A stretch of DNA of 63,873 nucleotides, counting the filler, from Octopus bimaculoides (lineage: Eukaryota): assembly GCF_001194135.2 (NCBI RefSeq). It is 6 parts of 6 records of this genome, joined end to end, with 100 filler letters (N's around TTAATTAATTAA, not from the genome) between each part and the next. Parts side by side here need not be neighbours in the genome. Positions count along the whole stretch, not along the records: positions 18,353 to 28,584 come from NC_069008.1; positions 28,685 to 46,523 come from NC_068985.1; 4 more parts are not named here. One strand, written 5' to 3'. A program made the translations under genes and the position numbers. How positions within the stretch are numbered: the first letter of the stretch is position 1; every line of letters begins with the position of its first letter. Shown here piece by piece: positions 25,473 to 37,567 of the stretch. The notes beneath the pieces are model-generated. The model was not told where the DNA came from. It did no database searches and was given only the letters and a program-made list of their open reading frames with translations.

Positions 25473-26764
25473 ACACACACACACACACACATATATACAC
25501 ACACGCACGTGTATGTGTATATTTATATACACGTGCACACCTAAGAGATAGCTCTATTATCTTTATGCTTGAAAAATCATGTAAAAAGAAGAAAAGGAAA
25601 AACGAAATGTTGGTATATATATATATATACACACACCACACACATATACACACACACACGCACACTCATATATATATATAATACATTCATAGATACATAT
25701 ACATGTGATCAATTTCATTAGTGCTCCACCCTCCCTTATCGACGTCCTCCTCCCCTTCCTTTTTTCTCCATGCGTTAGTGTGTGTGGGGGTCTCTATTTC
25801 TCTCTTCACACACACATATATATGTGTGTGTGTGAGTGTGTGTGTGTGTGTTTGTGCGTGTGTGTAGGTGTGTGTGTATAGGTGTGTGTGTGTTAGTAAA
25901 TATATATGCCTATCTCTCTCTCTCTCTCTCCTTCTCCTCCTTCCTCTCTCTCTCCCACCGCCACCATAAAACACTCAAATTCTACTTTCGTTTTCTCCCC
26001 ACACTTAAAATATAAACAAAACTTGATTGCGACGTTGAGTTCTGAAAACAGACGTCAACACTTCCACTCACACGCACACACGCTCATACCTACATATGCA
26101 CGCACGTACAGTAGGGCATACACACATGTATCTACATTTACACACGTGCACACACACACATATATATACAAACACTGATTCTGTAGAACATAGGACTGGT
26201 TTACAGCAACGACAGGTGGAGACTAAAGTTGTTGTTTTGGTGGTGGTGGTGGTCGTCGTCGTCGTCATTGTGGTAGTGACAGTAGCAGGGGGTGGGGACA
26301 GTTGCTGTTAATGTTGCTGATCTTGTTTCTGTTTTTGTTGTTGTTATTGGTGTCCCCATTTGGCCTGGCAGAGAAGGAACCCCTTCAAGGCCCCTTACTT
26401 TTTCAGGCTCTCTTAAGACCAATTAGCAAGCGTTTTTATCTTCAGAACCAGGCCCTTGGTCTAAGTGTCCTACCAAACACAGGGGCCCACCCAAGGATAC
26501 CAGGGGTTGGTGTTAAACTGGGCCATTGTATATTGTTGTTGTTCTTGTTTTGGATTGGCAACATCTTCTGTGTAAGCCCTCAATCACTGCAACAGTTCCC
26601 TCAATTCACTGGGCCTTTTCTTCAGGACCAAAAGTTCAATCTCCAACAATTATTGACCTTCTACACAGGGTTGCATTTCCCCACCTGATCCCAAAGCTTT
26701 CAAGACCCTAAATATATAACCTGCAGACCTGTGGGTCCACTCATGGTTTACTTGAAAAAGAAGG

Positions 26765-27040
26765 TGTATGGGCTCATGATCGTAAGGTCATAAGCTTGAT
26801 ACTCGGTGGCACATTGTGCCTTGGAGCAAGAAGCCTTATGGTGTTCATGCTGCTCTTGTCCATTCGGCTGGCAAACATGAGATGTACCTGTAATTCAAAA
26901 AAGCCAGCTTAGTCTCATTCTGTGTCCCTGAGAACTCTACATTAAGCATATGTGCGCCTGTGGAGCGCTCAGCCCACTTGCATGTGAATTTCACAAGCAG
27001 TCTCTTCCAGTGATCAGATCAACCGGAACCATCGTAGCCT
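26765..27040 (+). mobile_element. tRNA-derived SINE with CORE-like domain (family D), degenerate
   Basis: GGCTCATGATCGTAAGGTC...TTGTGCCTTGGAGCAAGA...GGCTGGCAAACATGAG...GATCAGATCAACCGGAACC. tRNA-like head followed by a CCTTG.GCAAG-type CORE segment. Confidence 0.55.
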
Positions 27041-27089
27041 AGAATGGATTACCATTCCAAAGAACTCAAACGAGATCCAAATGTTGTTC

Positions 27090-27235
27090 ATATGAAGACA
27101 ACCCCATTGCACTCCACTCCCTTAATCATACCCCGTCCTCAACTATGAAGGGTGTCGCTGTCTCTAAGGATCTCTCCTGGGGAAAGCACATCCGTATCCA
27201 TAGCTAGGAACATGGCCCAAAATAGAGTGCTGCTC
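27090..27235 (+). mobile_element. CR1/Jockey-type LINE RT C-terminal remnant
   Basis: Translates GVAVSKDLSWGKHI, then after a frameshift SIARNMAQ, resembling the LG(V/I)x(I/F)xxDLSWxxHI..I motif. Confidence 0.45.
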
Positions 27236-27309
27236 TAACAAATGAGATAGCGCCATGTTATCAAAGATACATATACCATATACTGTGTATATGTGTGTAT
27301 ATGTGTGTG

Positions 27310-27343
<34 letters not shown>

Positions 27344-27627
27344 GGAGAGAGAGAGAGAGAAAGAGAGAAAGAGATAGATAGATAGATAGATAGATAAGCA
27401 GGTAGGTAGATTGGTTGATAGACCGATAAATAGAGAGATCTTTATACATATTGATACATATGTGGTTGTGTTTTTGAGAAAAGTGTGAATATACTCTCAA
27501 GGGGCCGGGGGGGGGGATAGTAGTAGTAGTAGTAGTAGTAGTTATTGTTGATGTATTGAACATGCATTCAAATGGTTATTTGAGACCCATTCCACACCTG
27601 TGCATTTCACTAATTCGTGTTTGATTT

Positions 27628-27669
<42 letters not shown>

Positions 27670-27710
27670 TATTCATACATACAAATGTGTGTGTGTCTGT
27701 GTATGTCTAC

Positions 27711-27756
<46 letters not shown>

Positions 27757-28101
27757 ATACACACATATATACACACACATACATATGCATATTCACACAA
27801 ACACACACACACACANNNNNNNNNNNNNNNNNNNNNNNNNNNNNNNNNNNNNNNNNNNNNNNCCAGGCAACCAACCGACCAGCCGGCCGGCGAGCCAGCC
27901 AGCCAGCCATGCCAGCCAGCCATGCCAACTAACAATCCCCACCACCACCTCTGCTCTTCCCTCCTGAAACACCACCAACCACCCAACCAACCAGCCAGCC
28001 AGTCAAAAACCATTATGAACATGCCATGTCCACCAGTGGGATGTTACCTAAACACACTGTGCCAATGGAAACTCAACATTCACAACTTGTGAATAACATG
28101 T

Positions 28102-28262
28102 GGCATAGCTGTGTGATAAGAAGCTTTGCTTCCCAGCCACATGGTTCCGGTTTCAGTCCCACTGAGTGGCACCTTGGGCAAGTGTCTTCTACTATAGCCT
28201 CGGGCTGACCAAAGCCTTGTCAGTGAATTTTGGTAGATGGAAACTGAAAGAAGCCCATTGTC
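28102..28262 (+). mobile_element. SINE family A 5' half
   Basis: GGCATAGCTGTGTGATAAGAAG...GGCACCTTGGGCAAGTGTCTTCTACTATAGCC...GAAAGAAGCCC. Confidence 0.85.
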
Positions 28263-28272
28263 CATATATATA

Positions 28273-28584
28273 TTCTTTTCTTTTATTTGTTTCGGTCATT
28301 TGACTGCAGCCATGCTGGAGCACCGCCTTTAGTCGAGCAAATCGACCCCAGGACTTATTCTTTGTAAGCCTAGTACTTATTCTATCGGTCTCTCTTGCCG
28401 AACCGCTACGTTTCGGGGACGTAAACACACCAGCATCAGTTGTCAAGCGATGTTGGGAGGACAAACACAGACACACAAACATATACATACATACATATAT
28501 ATCTGTATACGATGGGCTTCTTTCAGTTTCCATCTACCAAATCCACTCACAAGGCTTTGGTCGGTCCGAGGCTATAGTAGAAGA
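28273..28584 (-). mobile_element. SINE family A, opposite orientation, running into a gap
   Basis: Reverse complement of the 18440-18741 copy at high identity. Confidence 0.9.
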
Positions 28585-30007
28585 NNNNNNNNNNNNNNNN
28601 NNNNNNNNNNNNNNNNNNNNNNNNNNNNTTAATTAATTAANNNNNNNNNNNNNNNNNNNNNNNNNNNNNNNNNNNNNNNNNNNNTATATATATATATATA
28701 TATTTGTTCATGACACTCGTATTTTGAGGCCTACCGTGCTTTAATTATTTTGAAGAGGGATTCTGGAATATTTTGGGTTATTATGTTACAGCGTAGCATT
28801 ACTTTTTTTCTTTTTCTTTTTGTCCCTTCATATGTTCTCATTTTACTGAACATTCTCAAGAATCATGAAAGCGGATCTTATTTAGTGAGATTGTTTCCCT
28901 AAATATCCACTCCCAGTAAATTTTAACGAAAAGTTTTTGTTTTTCTTCATAGAAATCTGGCAGTGTTCCATACATGCAAGTCTCCCATTATCACGCACCA
29001 AGTATTGGCAAGCCTCCGACTTATACCTTTACCGCGCTGCACTCTTGTCCTTGCTGTTAGAATATAGAATCGGAAGATCGTGTTTTTGTTAGAATTTAAA
29101 GTGTCAGAACATTCTGTCCTATACTTTAAAAATGCTGTGCTTCTATCCACTGCATTTATATATTCAACAACCGAATTTGAAAGTAAATTTAACCTTGACT
29201 AGATTTGAACGCAGAACGCTGATATTCGGAATACATACTGCGTGCCATTCTATACAACGCTCTAATTAAATCTATCGTATTCATATATTATTATTCAACT
29301 AACAAACCTTTGTACTTCTCCCATTTTTCGAAGTGTGTAATACAATATGCGCTTCAGCAATTACTTCAGAGTATTGCTTGTAATACAAGCGGTGACTTAA
29401 CTTTGAGCTTTGCAACAAGAGATATGTGTATATTTGTTCCCTCTGAGCACAGTATTTTATATGTATGTGCTTTTTGAATATTCTTGAACAAGTGAATTCT
29501 TGTAAGTCACTATGCAAATGCAGTCAAATATTGCATAGCCCTAAAATGAATGAATATGTTACATACTATACGATGAAATCATAGATTCGCTATCAAATTA
29601 CAATATATACGATTCATCTTCGGTTCTGAAATAATAATATAGAACGGGCCAGTTTCTAGTTTTTGACTAAGCTAAAGGTCAATACTGTTCTACACTGCTA
29701 AAATTCTTGAAGACGATGATTCGGTCACACAAAGGAAAGATCAAATTCAACTAAAGGCTATTCTTATTGTTTATTTTCTGATGCAGGAAAATAAGCGACA
29801 TGTTATACAAGTCTGTGCGATTTACTGCACTATCCAAATATGAAACTGGTAGTAGGTCACATGGAAATAATGTGCTTATGACAAGATACATGTCTCTCCC
29901 TGGGTGGTATACATTCTGTATTGACCCTACCAAGAACAGAACAACACCATGCCTTATGCATACATATACATATACATACGCACATACATACATACATACA
30001 TGTGTGT

Positions 30008-30077
<70 letters not shown>

Positions 30078-30225
30078 CTGTATTTTTACTGTGCTGTAGG
30101 AGGGAACCAGAATCTGCTTGTTGGAAAACTGCTTCTTTACTACATACATACAAAACAAAACATAACATGAAAAATGGTGTACAAGATATTTAGTTACACC
30201 ATCTTACGTATGTTTCACTAACATA

Positions 30226-30590
30226 AGGTGATTGTGGTAAGAAGCTTACTTCTCAACATTATGGTTCCGGTTTCAGTCCCACTGCGTGGTACCTTCGTCA
30301 AATATCTCCTAGTATAGCCTCGGCCACCCAAAATTCTTATCAGTGGATTTGCGAGGGAGGCTGAATGAAGCCTGTCGTGTGTCTTTGTATCTGTGTTTGT
30401 CACCGCCGCTTCACAACCGGTGTGTTTACGACCTCGTAACTTAGTGGTTCGGTAAAACACTGATAGAATAACTACTGCGCTTACAAAATAAATCCTGAAG
30501 TCGATTTGCTTGACTAAAACCCTACAAGGCGTTGCTGTAGCTTGGTAGCAGTCAAATGACTGAAACAAGGAAAAGTATAAAAAAATAAAA
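30226..30590 (+). mobile_element. SINE family A, diverged, with little central microsatellite
   Basis: Colinear with the 18398 copy from TGTGGTAAGAAGC to GTCAAATGACTGAAACAAG. Confidence 0.8.
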
Positions 30591-30719
30591 CGATGCAGAC
30601 TTTGTGGAGTTAACACCAGTCAGTTGTCCGAAAATGTCATTGCGATTATATCTACCGATGAGATACGATTCTGTAACTAGGACACTGTATAATGAGAACC
30701 TTCAGAAGGGTAACTCCCA

Positions 30720-31008
30720 AGACCAAGAATTAAGAACCCACAGAATGATGGAAGCCATAGTCACTCAGAACACAAGGATTATGGCAGCATTCAACAACTT
30801 AATCAAGAAGACCGCCCAGAAGAGTTGCAGAAGCTTCCGAAGTCGTCTGGAGGCCGTGATTGAAGCCAATGATGATTTCATTGAATAAATGTTCACTTTA
30901 GTATTCCAAGATATTTTTATGTAATTTTGGTAAATATATCTGTTAAAATAAGATGTCAGTGTTATTTTCCTTTTTGCGTAATTTAGACAATTTATTCAAC
31001 GCACACTA
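30720..31008 (+). mobile_element. Tc1/mariner-superfamily 3' remnant (maT/DD37D-like C-terminus) with probable right TIR
   Basis: The ORF end RIMAAFNNL...KSCRSFRSRLEAVIEANDDFIE* matches the typical C..F..RLEAVIEA.G..IE transposase tail. The sequence ends ...ACGCACACTA followed by TA. Subfamily call is tentative. Confidence 0.6.
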
Positions 31009-31244
31009 TATACATGCGTGTGCATGTGCGTGTGTGTGTGTACGTACGTGTGCGTGTATGTGTGTGTTGTGTGTGTGTGCGCGCGCGTGTGTGTCTAATG
31101 ACTGAAATAAGTAGAAGATATGTACACATATACATGCATATCTACTGACACATACATACATACATACATACATACAAACAGTTGTATATGCGAAAATAAA
31201 TACATACATAATTACATGCATCTTAGTTAGATAAATATGCGTAC

Positions 31245-31364
31245 ATATGCTTCTGAGTTCAGTCCCAGTGCGTAGCATCTTGGGTAAGTGTCTTCTAATG
31301 TAGCCATGGACCGGCCAAAACCTTGTGAATAGATTTGACAGACAGAAACTGAAAGAAGCCATTC

Positions 31365-31416
<52 letters not shown>

Positions 31417-31652
31417 GTATCTGTCTTTGCTTCTGTTTCCCACCACCACCACCACTACCACCACCAACTGACAGCCGTTGATGGTTTGTTTATGTACCCA
31501 TAATGTAGCGGTTCGTCAAAGATCGATAAAATGAATACCAGTTTTCAAAATAATTACTGGTGGGTTGATTTGTTCGGTTACAAATTCCACAAGGCGGTTC
31601 CCCATGACCGCAGTCTAATGACTGAAACAAGTGAAAAAAAAAAAAGAATAAA
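31245..31652 (+). mobile_element. SINE family A, diverged, with expanded central (TA)n(TATG)n
   Basis: GAGTTCAGTCCCA...CTTGGGTAAGTGTCTTCTA...GAAACTGAAAGAAGCC, then microsatellite, then ...TAATGACTGAAACAAG. Confidence 0.75.
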
Positions 31653-32748
31653 GAATGCACACTTACACATATGCATACGTAGAAACCAAGAAGGGAGGAG
31701 GGAGCAAATTCAATATCAAAAAATGAACAGCTGTAAAAACTGCAGATAAAATGAAGGCCGCTCTGTGCAGAATTCACAGACGCTGTTGTTAAAAATATGG
31801 CGCCATCAATTCTTCGATCCAGACTTTTATATTACCGGTGTTCTAATAACAACAATCTTCCTAATTTACGAAAACAATCAGTGTCCATATCCTTCCTCAC
31901 CATAAAATCTTTCTCTGTCGCTTCGCTCTGCTAGACTGTGCCTTTGAATAATTTAATTACAGTCGTGTAGCTTCATAAACATCGATAGCAGAATTGGAGT
32001 TGTTATCAAATCATTAATTAGTTAACTGGCTAATTAATTAATTGATGTACTCGGTGAAATGCGTTGTTTATATCGATTATGTGTGTATTAGCAATACATC
32101 TGGCACGCTTACTTCTCTAAATGATGTCATATTGCATATGAATCATATACCCAATAATATTTTACAAACCTATTTCTTTTTAAATGCGTTCCACTCGGCT
32201 GCTATTATAAGAAATTTATGGTTTGCATTCATGACAACTAATTGCCGACATGACTTACAATGTTTTCATTTATTTTTATTCCTCGTCTGATTGCTTTTAA
32301 ACATCTATTCTGACTGATGTTATTGCAGTTGTTATTACTGCTATTGCTTTCATTGTTTACCCCCGCAACAATCCCGATCGAGAGAAATCTCATGATCCAA
32401 GGCATTCCAGTCATCAATATTACATTATTCTATCTATGCGTAATGTATCTAGGAATACACTACCCAATGTAACTTTTATACGACTTCTAACGAAGTTAAG
32501 GACGACAACAAACCCCCACCACTTTGTGATATTTTATAGATAATGCGAAGATTTTACTACTATTTCTAGCATTTCTGATGATCATTTCGGTTCACAAGGA
32601 ATATTTGTCAGTCTATTTTTTTCTTTTTTTGTTTTTTTTTTTGCTATAAGCCAGAGCTGATACCTTATCAAATGGATTTAAGATTAATGACCTCTTCCTC
32701 CTTGCGTCTCTCTCCCTCTCTCTCACTCCCTCTCTTTCTCTCTCCCTC

Positions 32749-32781
<33 letters not shown>

Positions 32782-33192
32782 TATGATGCAGTAACATCCC
32801 TCTCTCTTATAGACAGTAACAATGTGCTTTTGAGCGTATTTGGTTGCTGTTTCTAGCAGGTACAACGATCGGGGAGAGTTTTTATCTGTTGTGTAGCATT
32901 TGTTCAGTGTTGTTGTTCTTGTAGCTATTGTTATCAATTCGTATGAGTCGTATTTGAAAACAGCAGCAGTGACAGCAGCAAGGGTACTAGTACTGGAATT
33001 GGAAGTAGCAGCTGCAGCTGCTGACGGTGTCTCTGGTAGCAGCACCAGCAGCAGGAGTTCAGTTGCAGCACCATCACTAGTATTTCTATTGTTATTACGA
33101 CTGAACAGGAGCAGCAGTAGTAGTAGCTCCTACTGCAATAGTGATTGTTATAGCTACAGCAACAACAATAGCAATAGAAGGAAAAGTATCAT

Positions 33193-33245
<53 letters not shown>

Positions 33246-33510
33246 ATAGTAGTGGTGGTGGTGATGGTGGTGACGGCAGCGGCGGCGGTGGTAGTAGTAG
33301 TCGTAGTAGCAACAGCAGCAGCAATGGCTGTACCATTAGAAGACACAGCAACTTATCAGCAATATCAGTAATATTATCAGTAGTAGCTGCGGAATAGCAG
33401 TAGCAGTAGAATCATAGCAGCAATAGCAGTTGCATGACGGCTGCTACTCGAGATATATACTATATTCATTGTAAGCTCTTTCGATGTGATAATCGCAAAG
33501 ACAGTTAATG

Positions 33511-33542
<32 letters not shown>

Positions 33543-33544
33543 TG

Positions 33545-33748
33545 TTGTTTAGTCTCCAGTTAGGTGTGATCGAGCAGACCCTATGGAGATAGCTTTCCAG
33601 TTGTGACCATCCTGAGAATTTATGGGTGATGACAAAGGATATATCATCTATTATGATAAATTATCATTGAAAATGGTTGGGTACAGGCTGAGGGAGATTT
33701 CGTATTTATTTCTTGTAGTTCTAATGACCACGTAGAGGCTGTGTTCGG
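33545..33748 (+). repeat. Unclassified short interspersed element (family E segment joined to family C segment)
   Basis: GTTGTTTAG...GATCGAGCAGACC...TTCCAG..GTGACCATCC followed by GAGGGAGATTT...TATTTCT...GACCACGTAGAGGCT. E-type segments also occur near 13575, 32355, 34990 and 36740 (-). Confidence 0.5.
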
Positions 33749-33814
33749 TCAGCGTTGTTAATGTTGTTGATGGCCGATTTAAAACAGTAGTGGTAGTAGT
33801 AGTAGTAGTAGTAT

Positions 33815-33875
<61 letters not shown>

Positions 33876-34183
33876 GGTGGTGTTGGTGGTGGTGGTGGTG
33901 GTGGTGGTAGTTGTTGTTAACCCACTACAAATTAAANNNNNNNNNNNNNNNNNNNNNNNNNNNNNNNNNNNNNNNNNNNNNNNNNNNNNNNNNNNNNNNN
34001 NNNNNNNNNNNNNNNNNNNNNNNNNNNNNNNNNNNNNNNNNNNNNNNNNNNNNNNNNNNNNNNNNNNNNNNNNNNNNNNNNNNNNNNNNNNNNNNNNNNN
34101 NNNNNNNNNNNNNNNNNNNNNNNNNNNNNNNNNNNNNNNNNNNNNNNNNNNNNNNNNNNNNNNNNNNNNNNNNNNNNNNNNNN

Positions 34184-34232
<49 letters not shown>

Positions 34233-34269
34233 CATACATATGTGTGTGTGTGTGTGTGTGTGTGTCCAT

Positions 34270-34480
34270 ATCTGTGTTTGTGTCCCACTACCGCTTGACG
34301 ATCGGTGTTGGTGTGTTTGCGACCCCAGTGACATAGCGGTTCGGTAAAATACAACTGATAAAATAAGTACCAGGCTTAACAAAATAAAGGAAAAGGTAAT
34401 GAAGTCGATTAATTCGACTAAAACTTCCTCAAGGCGGTGCCCCAGCATGACTGTAGTGAAATGCCAAGTGAAAGATAAAA
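34270..34480 (+). mobile_element. SINE family A 3' half
   Basis: CCGCTTGAC...GGTGTGTTT...TAGCGGTTCGG...AATAAGTACCAGGC...AAGGCGGTGCCCCAGCATG. Confidence 0.75.
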
Positions 34481-35461
34481 GGCCTATGATAAAAGCAGTG
34501 ACGTCCTAAAGAATGGGACACTAGGTATTGGCTCCCAGGCTCACGGGTTTAGGGCTGTGATATCTTCTCATTCACTTATTTTTGGGGTTTCTTTTTCAGA
34601 CGATAGTGTTATTTGAGGGAAAAGAGTTGGAATTTCTAGCAGGTCGATGACATTCTTTTCCTTATTGCTGTTGCTGCTTGAAATGTATTGTTGTTATTCT
34701 CCTATGTAGCAGTGCCGCTTCTTCTGCTGGTGTCGGTTGTGGTGTTTCTTGGTTTTTGTTGATGGTAGAGGAGGTGATGGTTTTGCTGGAAGTAGCAATG
34801 ATGGTGATGACGGTGGCAGTGATGGAAGAGTTTAGAGGTTAGAGGTCAGAGGTTGTAGAAATGGCAGCAGCAGTTGCGACGTTTGTTGTAGATGTTTGAG
34901 GATTGGCGTTGGTGACGGCTGTTGGTTGGTGGTTGTGTATTTATAGCTGTGATATTGTTTATGCCTCTCACAATGACCACGGTTGTGAGATATGGATAGC
35001 ACTGGTTGAAACCGGTATCACCCTGATCAGCAAACTACGATCAGAGAGTCTCCAGTCATGACCCACCAGCCTTATTTTCAATATTCAGGCTTGTGTCTAC
35101 AGCTTCTACATGTTGCTTAGAACAAAAATCAAACACTTTCCAGTCTGACCCATCCACACTTTATAGTTATATAATTCAATGTGTTCTTTCTGTTTTAAAG
35201 AAACCAATGTGTAATTTGACGGAACATCGGCTGTTATTTCAGGAAACCCAAGTGACCTCATAGAAGCTCTTTCTTAGGCTTGTGGTTAGTTTCACAAGCA
35301 TCATATGAGATATAATATAGTTGTAGACTGCTTCAGCGGCAACAACAGCATCAGTAGCGGGAAAAGAAGTTGCAACGGCAGCAGCAGCAGTAGTGGCGGC
35401 ATCGTCAGGGGTGATAATGAAAGTGGTGATGATGGTAGTAATGGTTGGGGCGATGGTGGTG

Positions 35462-35535
<74 letters not shown>

Positions 35536-36085
35536 GGGGGTAGTANNNNNNNNNNNNNNNNNNNNNNNNNNNNNNNNNNNNNNNNNNNNNNNNNNNNNNN
35601 NNNNNNNNNNNNNNNNNNNNNNNNNNNNNNNNNNNNNNNNNNNNNNNNNNNNNNNNNNNNNNNNNNNNNNNNNNNNNNNNNNNNNNNNNNNNNNNNNNNN
35701 NNNNNNNNNNNNNNNNNNNNNNNNNNNNNNNNNNNNNNNNNNNNNNNNNNNNNNNNNNNNNNNNNNNNNNNNNNNNNNNNNNNNNNNNNNNNNNNNNNNN
35801 NNNNNNNNNNNNNNNNNNNNNNNNNNNNNNNNNNNNNNNNNNNNNNNNNNNNNNNNNNNNNNNNNNNNNNNNNNNNNNNNNNNNNNNNNNNNNNNNNNNN
35901 NNNNNNNNNNNNNNNNNNNNNNNNNNNNNNNNNNNNNNNNNNNNNNNNNNNNNNNNNNNNNNNNNNNNNNNNNNNNNNNNNNNNNNNNNNNNNNNNNNNN
36001 NNNNNNNNNNNNNNNNNNNNNNNNNNNNNNNNNNNNNNNNNNNNNNNNNCAACGTCTGTAGAATATTCAGTCACATGTTTAATAA

Positions 36086-36300
36086 ATTGATTTCAAATTT
36101 TGGTACAGGGCCAGCGATTTCAGGGGAGGGGCTAGTAGATTACACCGAGCACCAGTACTTAACTGGTACTTATTTCATCGACCCCGAAATGCATGTAAAG
36201 CAAAGTCGTTCTCGGCAGAATTTGAACTCAGGACATACAGACGTGTGGAATGCTGCTAAGTAATTTGCCCGGAATGGTAACGATTCTGCCAGCTCACCGT
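36086..36300 (-). mobile_element. Nin-domain-type tRNA SINE (family B, GTACCAAAATTTGAAA tail)
   Basis: Reverse complement contains GAGCTGGCAGAATCGTTA, TGAGTTCAAATTC (B-box), GGGGTCGATGAAATAAGTACCAG. Confidence 0.75.
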
Positions 36301-36321
36301 TTTACTAACATACTAATATAT

Positions 36322-36520
36322 TGAGTTGGCAAGCACACCGGACGAAATGCTTAGAGGCATTTAGTCCATATTCACTTTCTGAGTTCACATTTCGCTGAGG
36401 TCCTTTCATCCTTCTTGGGAAGATAAAAGAAAAAAAAGTATCAGTGGTGTAAGAGGGTCGATATAATCGACTTACCCGTCTCCCAAAAATTCTCGCCTTG
36501 TACCAAAATTTGAAATCAAT
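36322..36520 (+). mobile_element. Nin-domain-type tRNA SINE (family B), head-to-head with the previous copy
   Basis: CCGGACGAAATGCTTAG...TGAGTTCACATT...CCTTTCATCCTT...GGGTCGATATAATCGAC...CCTTGTACCAAAATTTGAAATCAAT. Confidence 0.75.
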
Positions 36521-37417
36521 ATACTGAACTGGCAGTTTAGTTCAAAGAAAAACAGAAAACGCTCACCGTAACAACCGGCGAAGAACCATTTGTTTTAGTT
36601 ATTTTATTTATTCATTACTCATTTATTTATTTCGATTTTGTTCGGTCACGTGTAGTAACGAATATATATTTTGATTCATTTTCTGATCGCTTTAAAATTA
36701 GGCGCTTTAAAAAATTGGATTGGGTACCTTCAGTAATAGCACTGCTGGATCAGGGTGACCTGGGACTAAATAACAACAAGGGGACCCATAACATGCAAGT
36801 TCTGTCGCTTCTACATTAGTTTCACCACAATTACTAACACATTTTATAACGCCATCACTCCAATCACCACTAAACCAGCAAGTCTATTGTTAGAACTACC
36901 CCGGGTATTGACATATCAGCCCTCACTACAAATATCACTGCCTTCAGCATAACCATCACCATCACCACTACCATCATCATCAACATCATCACCACCAACA
37001 TATTACCCAACAATAACATCATGGCTGTATCATTCCTCGCCATCACCCTCTCCATCACCACCAACAATGCTAGCGTCCCTACAACCAACATCAACATCGC
37101 ATTACGCTGTCCATGCCACTGTACAGGTCATGTGACATCAACCGTCACCAACATCACCAAAGTCAGCAAATATTACATCAACGTCACACCCTCCCCTTCT
37201 ACCCCACCGTAATCCTTACCGGTAACACCTTTCACCCCACCACTATCGTCCCTATAAGGAAGATTATCCCCTCATCAGCCATCACCATGGTCACCACCAC
37301 AACCATTATTCCCGACTTGAACGCCCCCTTCACCAATCAGCCTCCCCTACCACAACTGTTCCCATTAACCGTCACCGACTTCACCACTATGATAACGAAT
37401 ACCATTCATCGTGTCTT

Positions 37418-37567
37418 ATCAGAAAGGTCAGCTCTGGTTAGACCTCGGTGCAGGAGTGCAAGGGATGCGGGAGTGCAGGAGCGCAGAAGTGCAAGTGTAG
37501 CTAGTCTTCAATACATATGACTCATTATTTGGAATACCGTCTAAGGAAACCTAGGAAATACGTTTCA
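37418..37567. repeat. About 150-bp repeat, inverted copy at 40376-40525
   Basis: ATCAGAAAGGTCAGCTCTGG...GGAATACCGTCTAAGGAAACCTAGGAAATACGTTTCA is the reverse complement of 40376-40525. Internal GGAGTGCA-like subrepeats. Confidence 0.85.

Noticed and set aside
26302-26711. 128-aa ORF in relatively GC-rich sequence
   Set aside because: Starts in a (GTT)n repeat and I recognise no domain in any frame. Probably an old repeat; a BLASTX would settle it.
32668-33397. Overlapping Ser/Ala/Val/Thr-rich ORFs on both strands (similar cases at 35305-35525, 36870-37520 and 45421-45912)
   Set aside because: Degenerate trinucleotide repeats (AGC/AGT/GGT/ACC) stay open in several frames at once. No domain and no supported splice structure.
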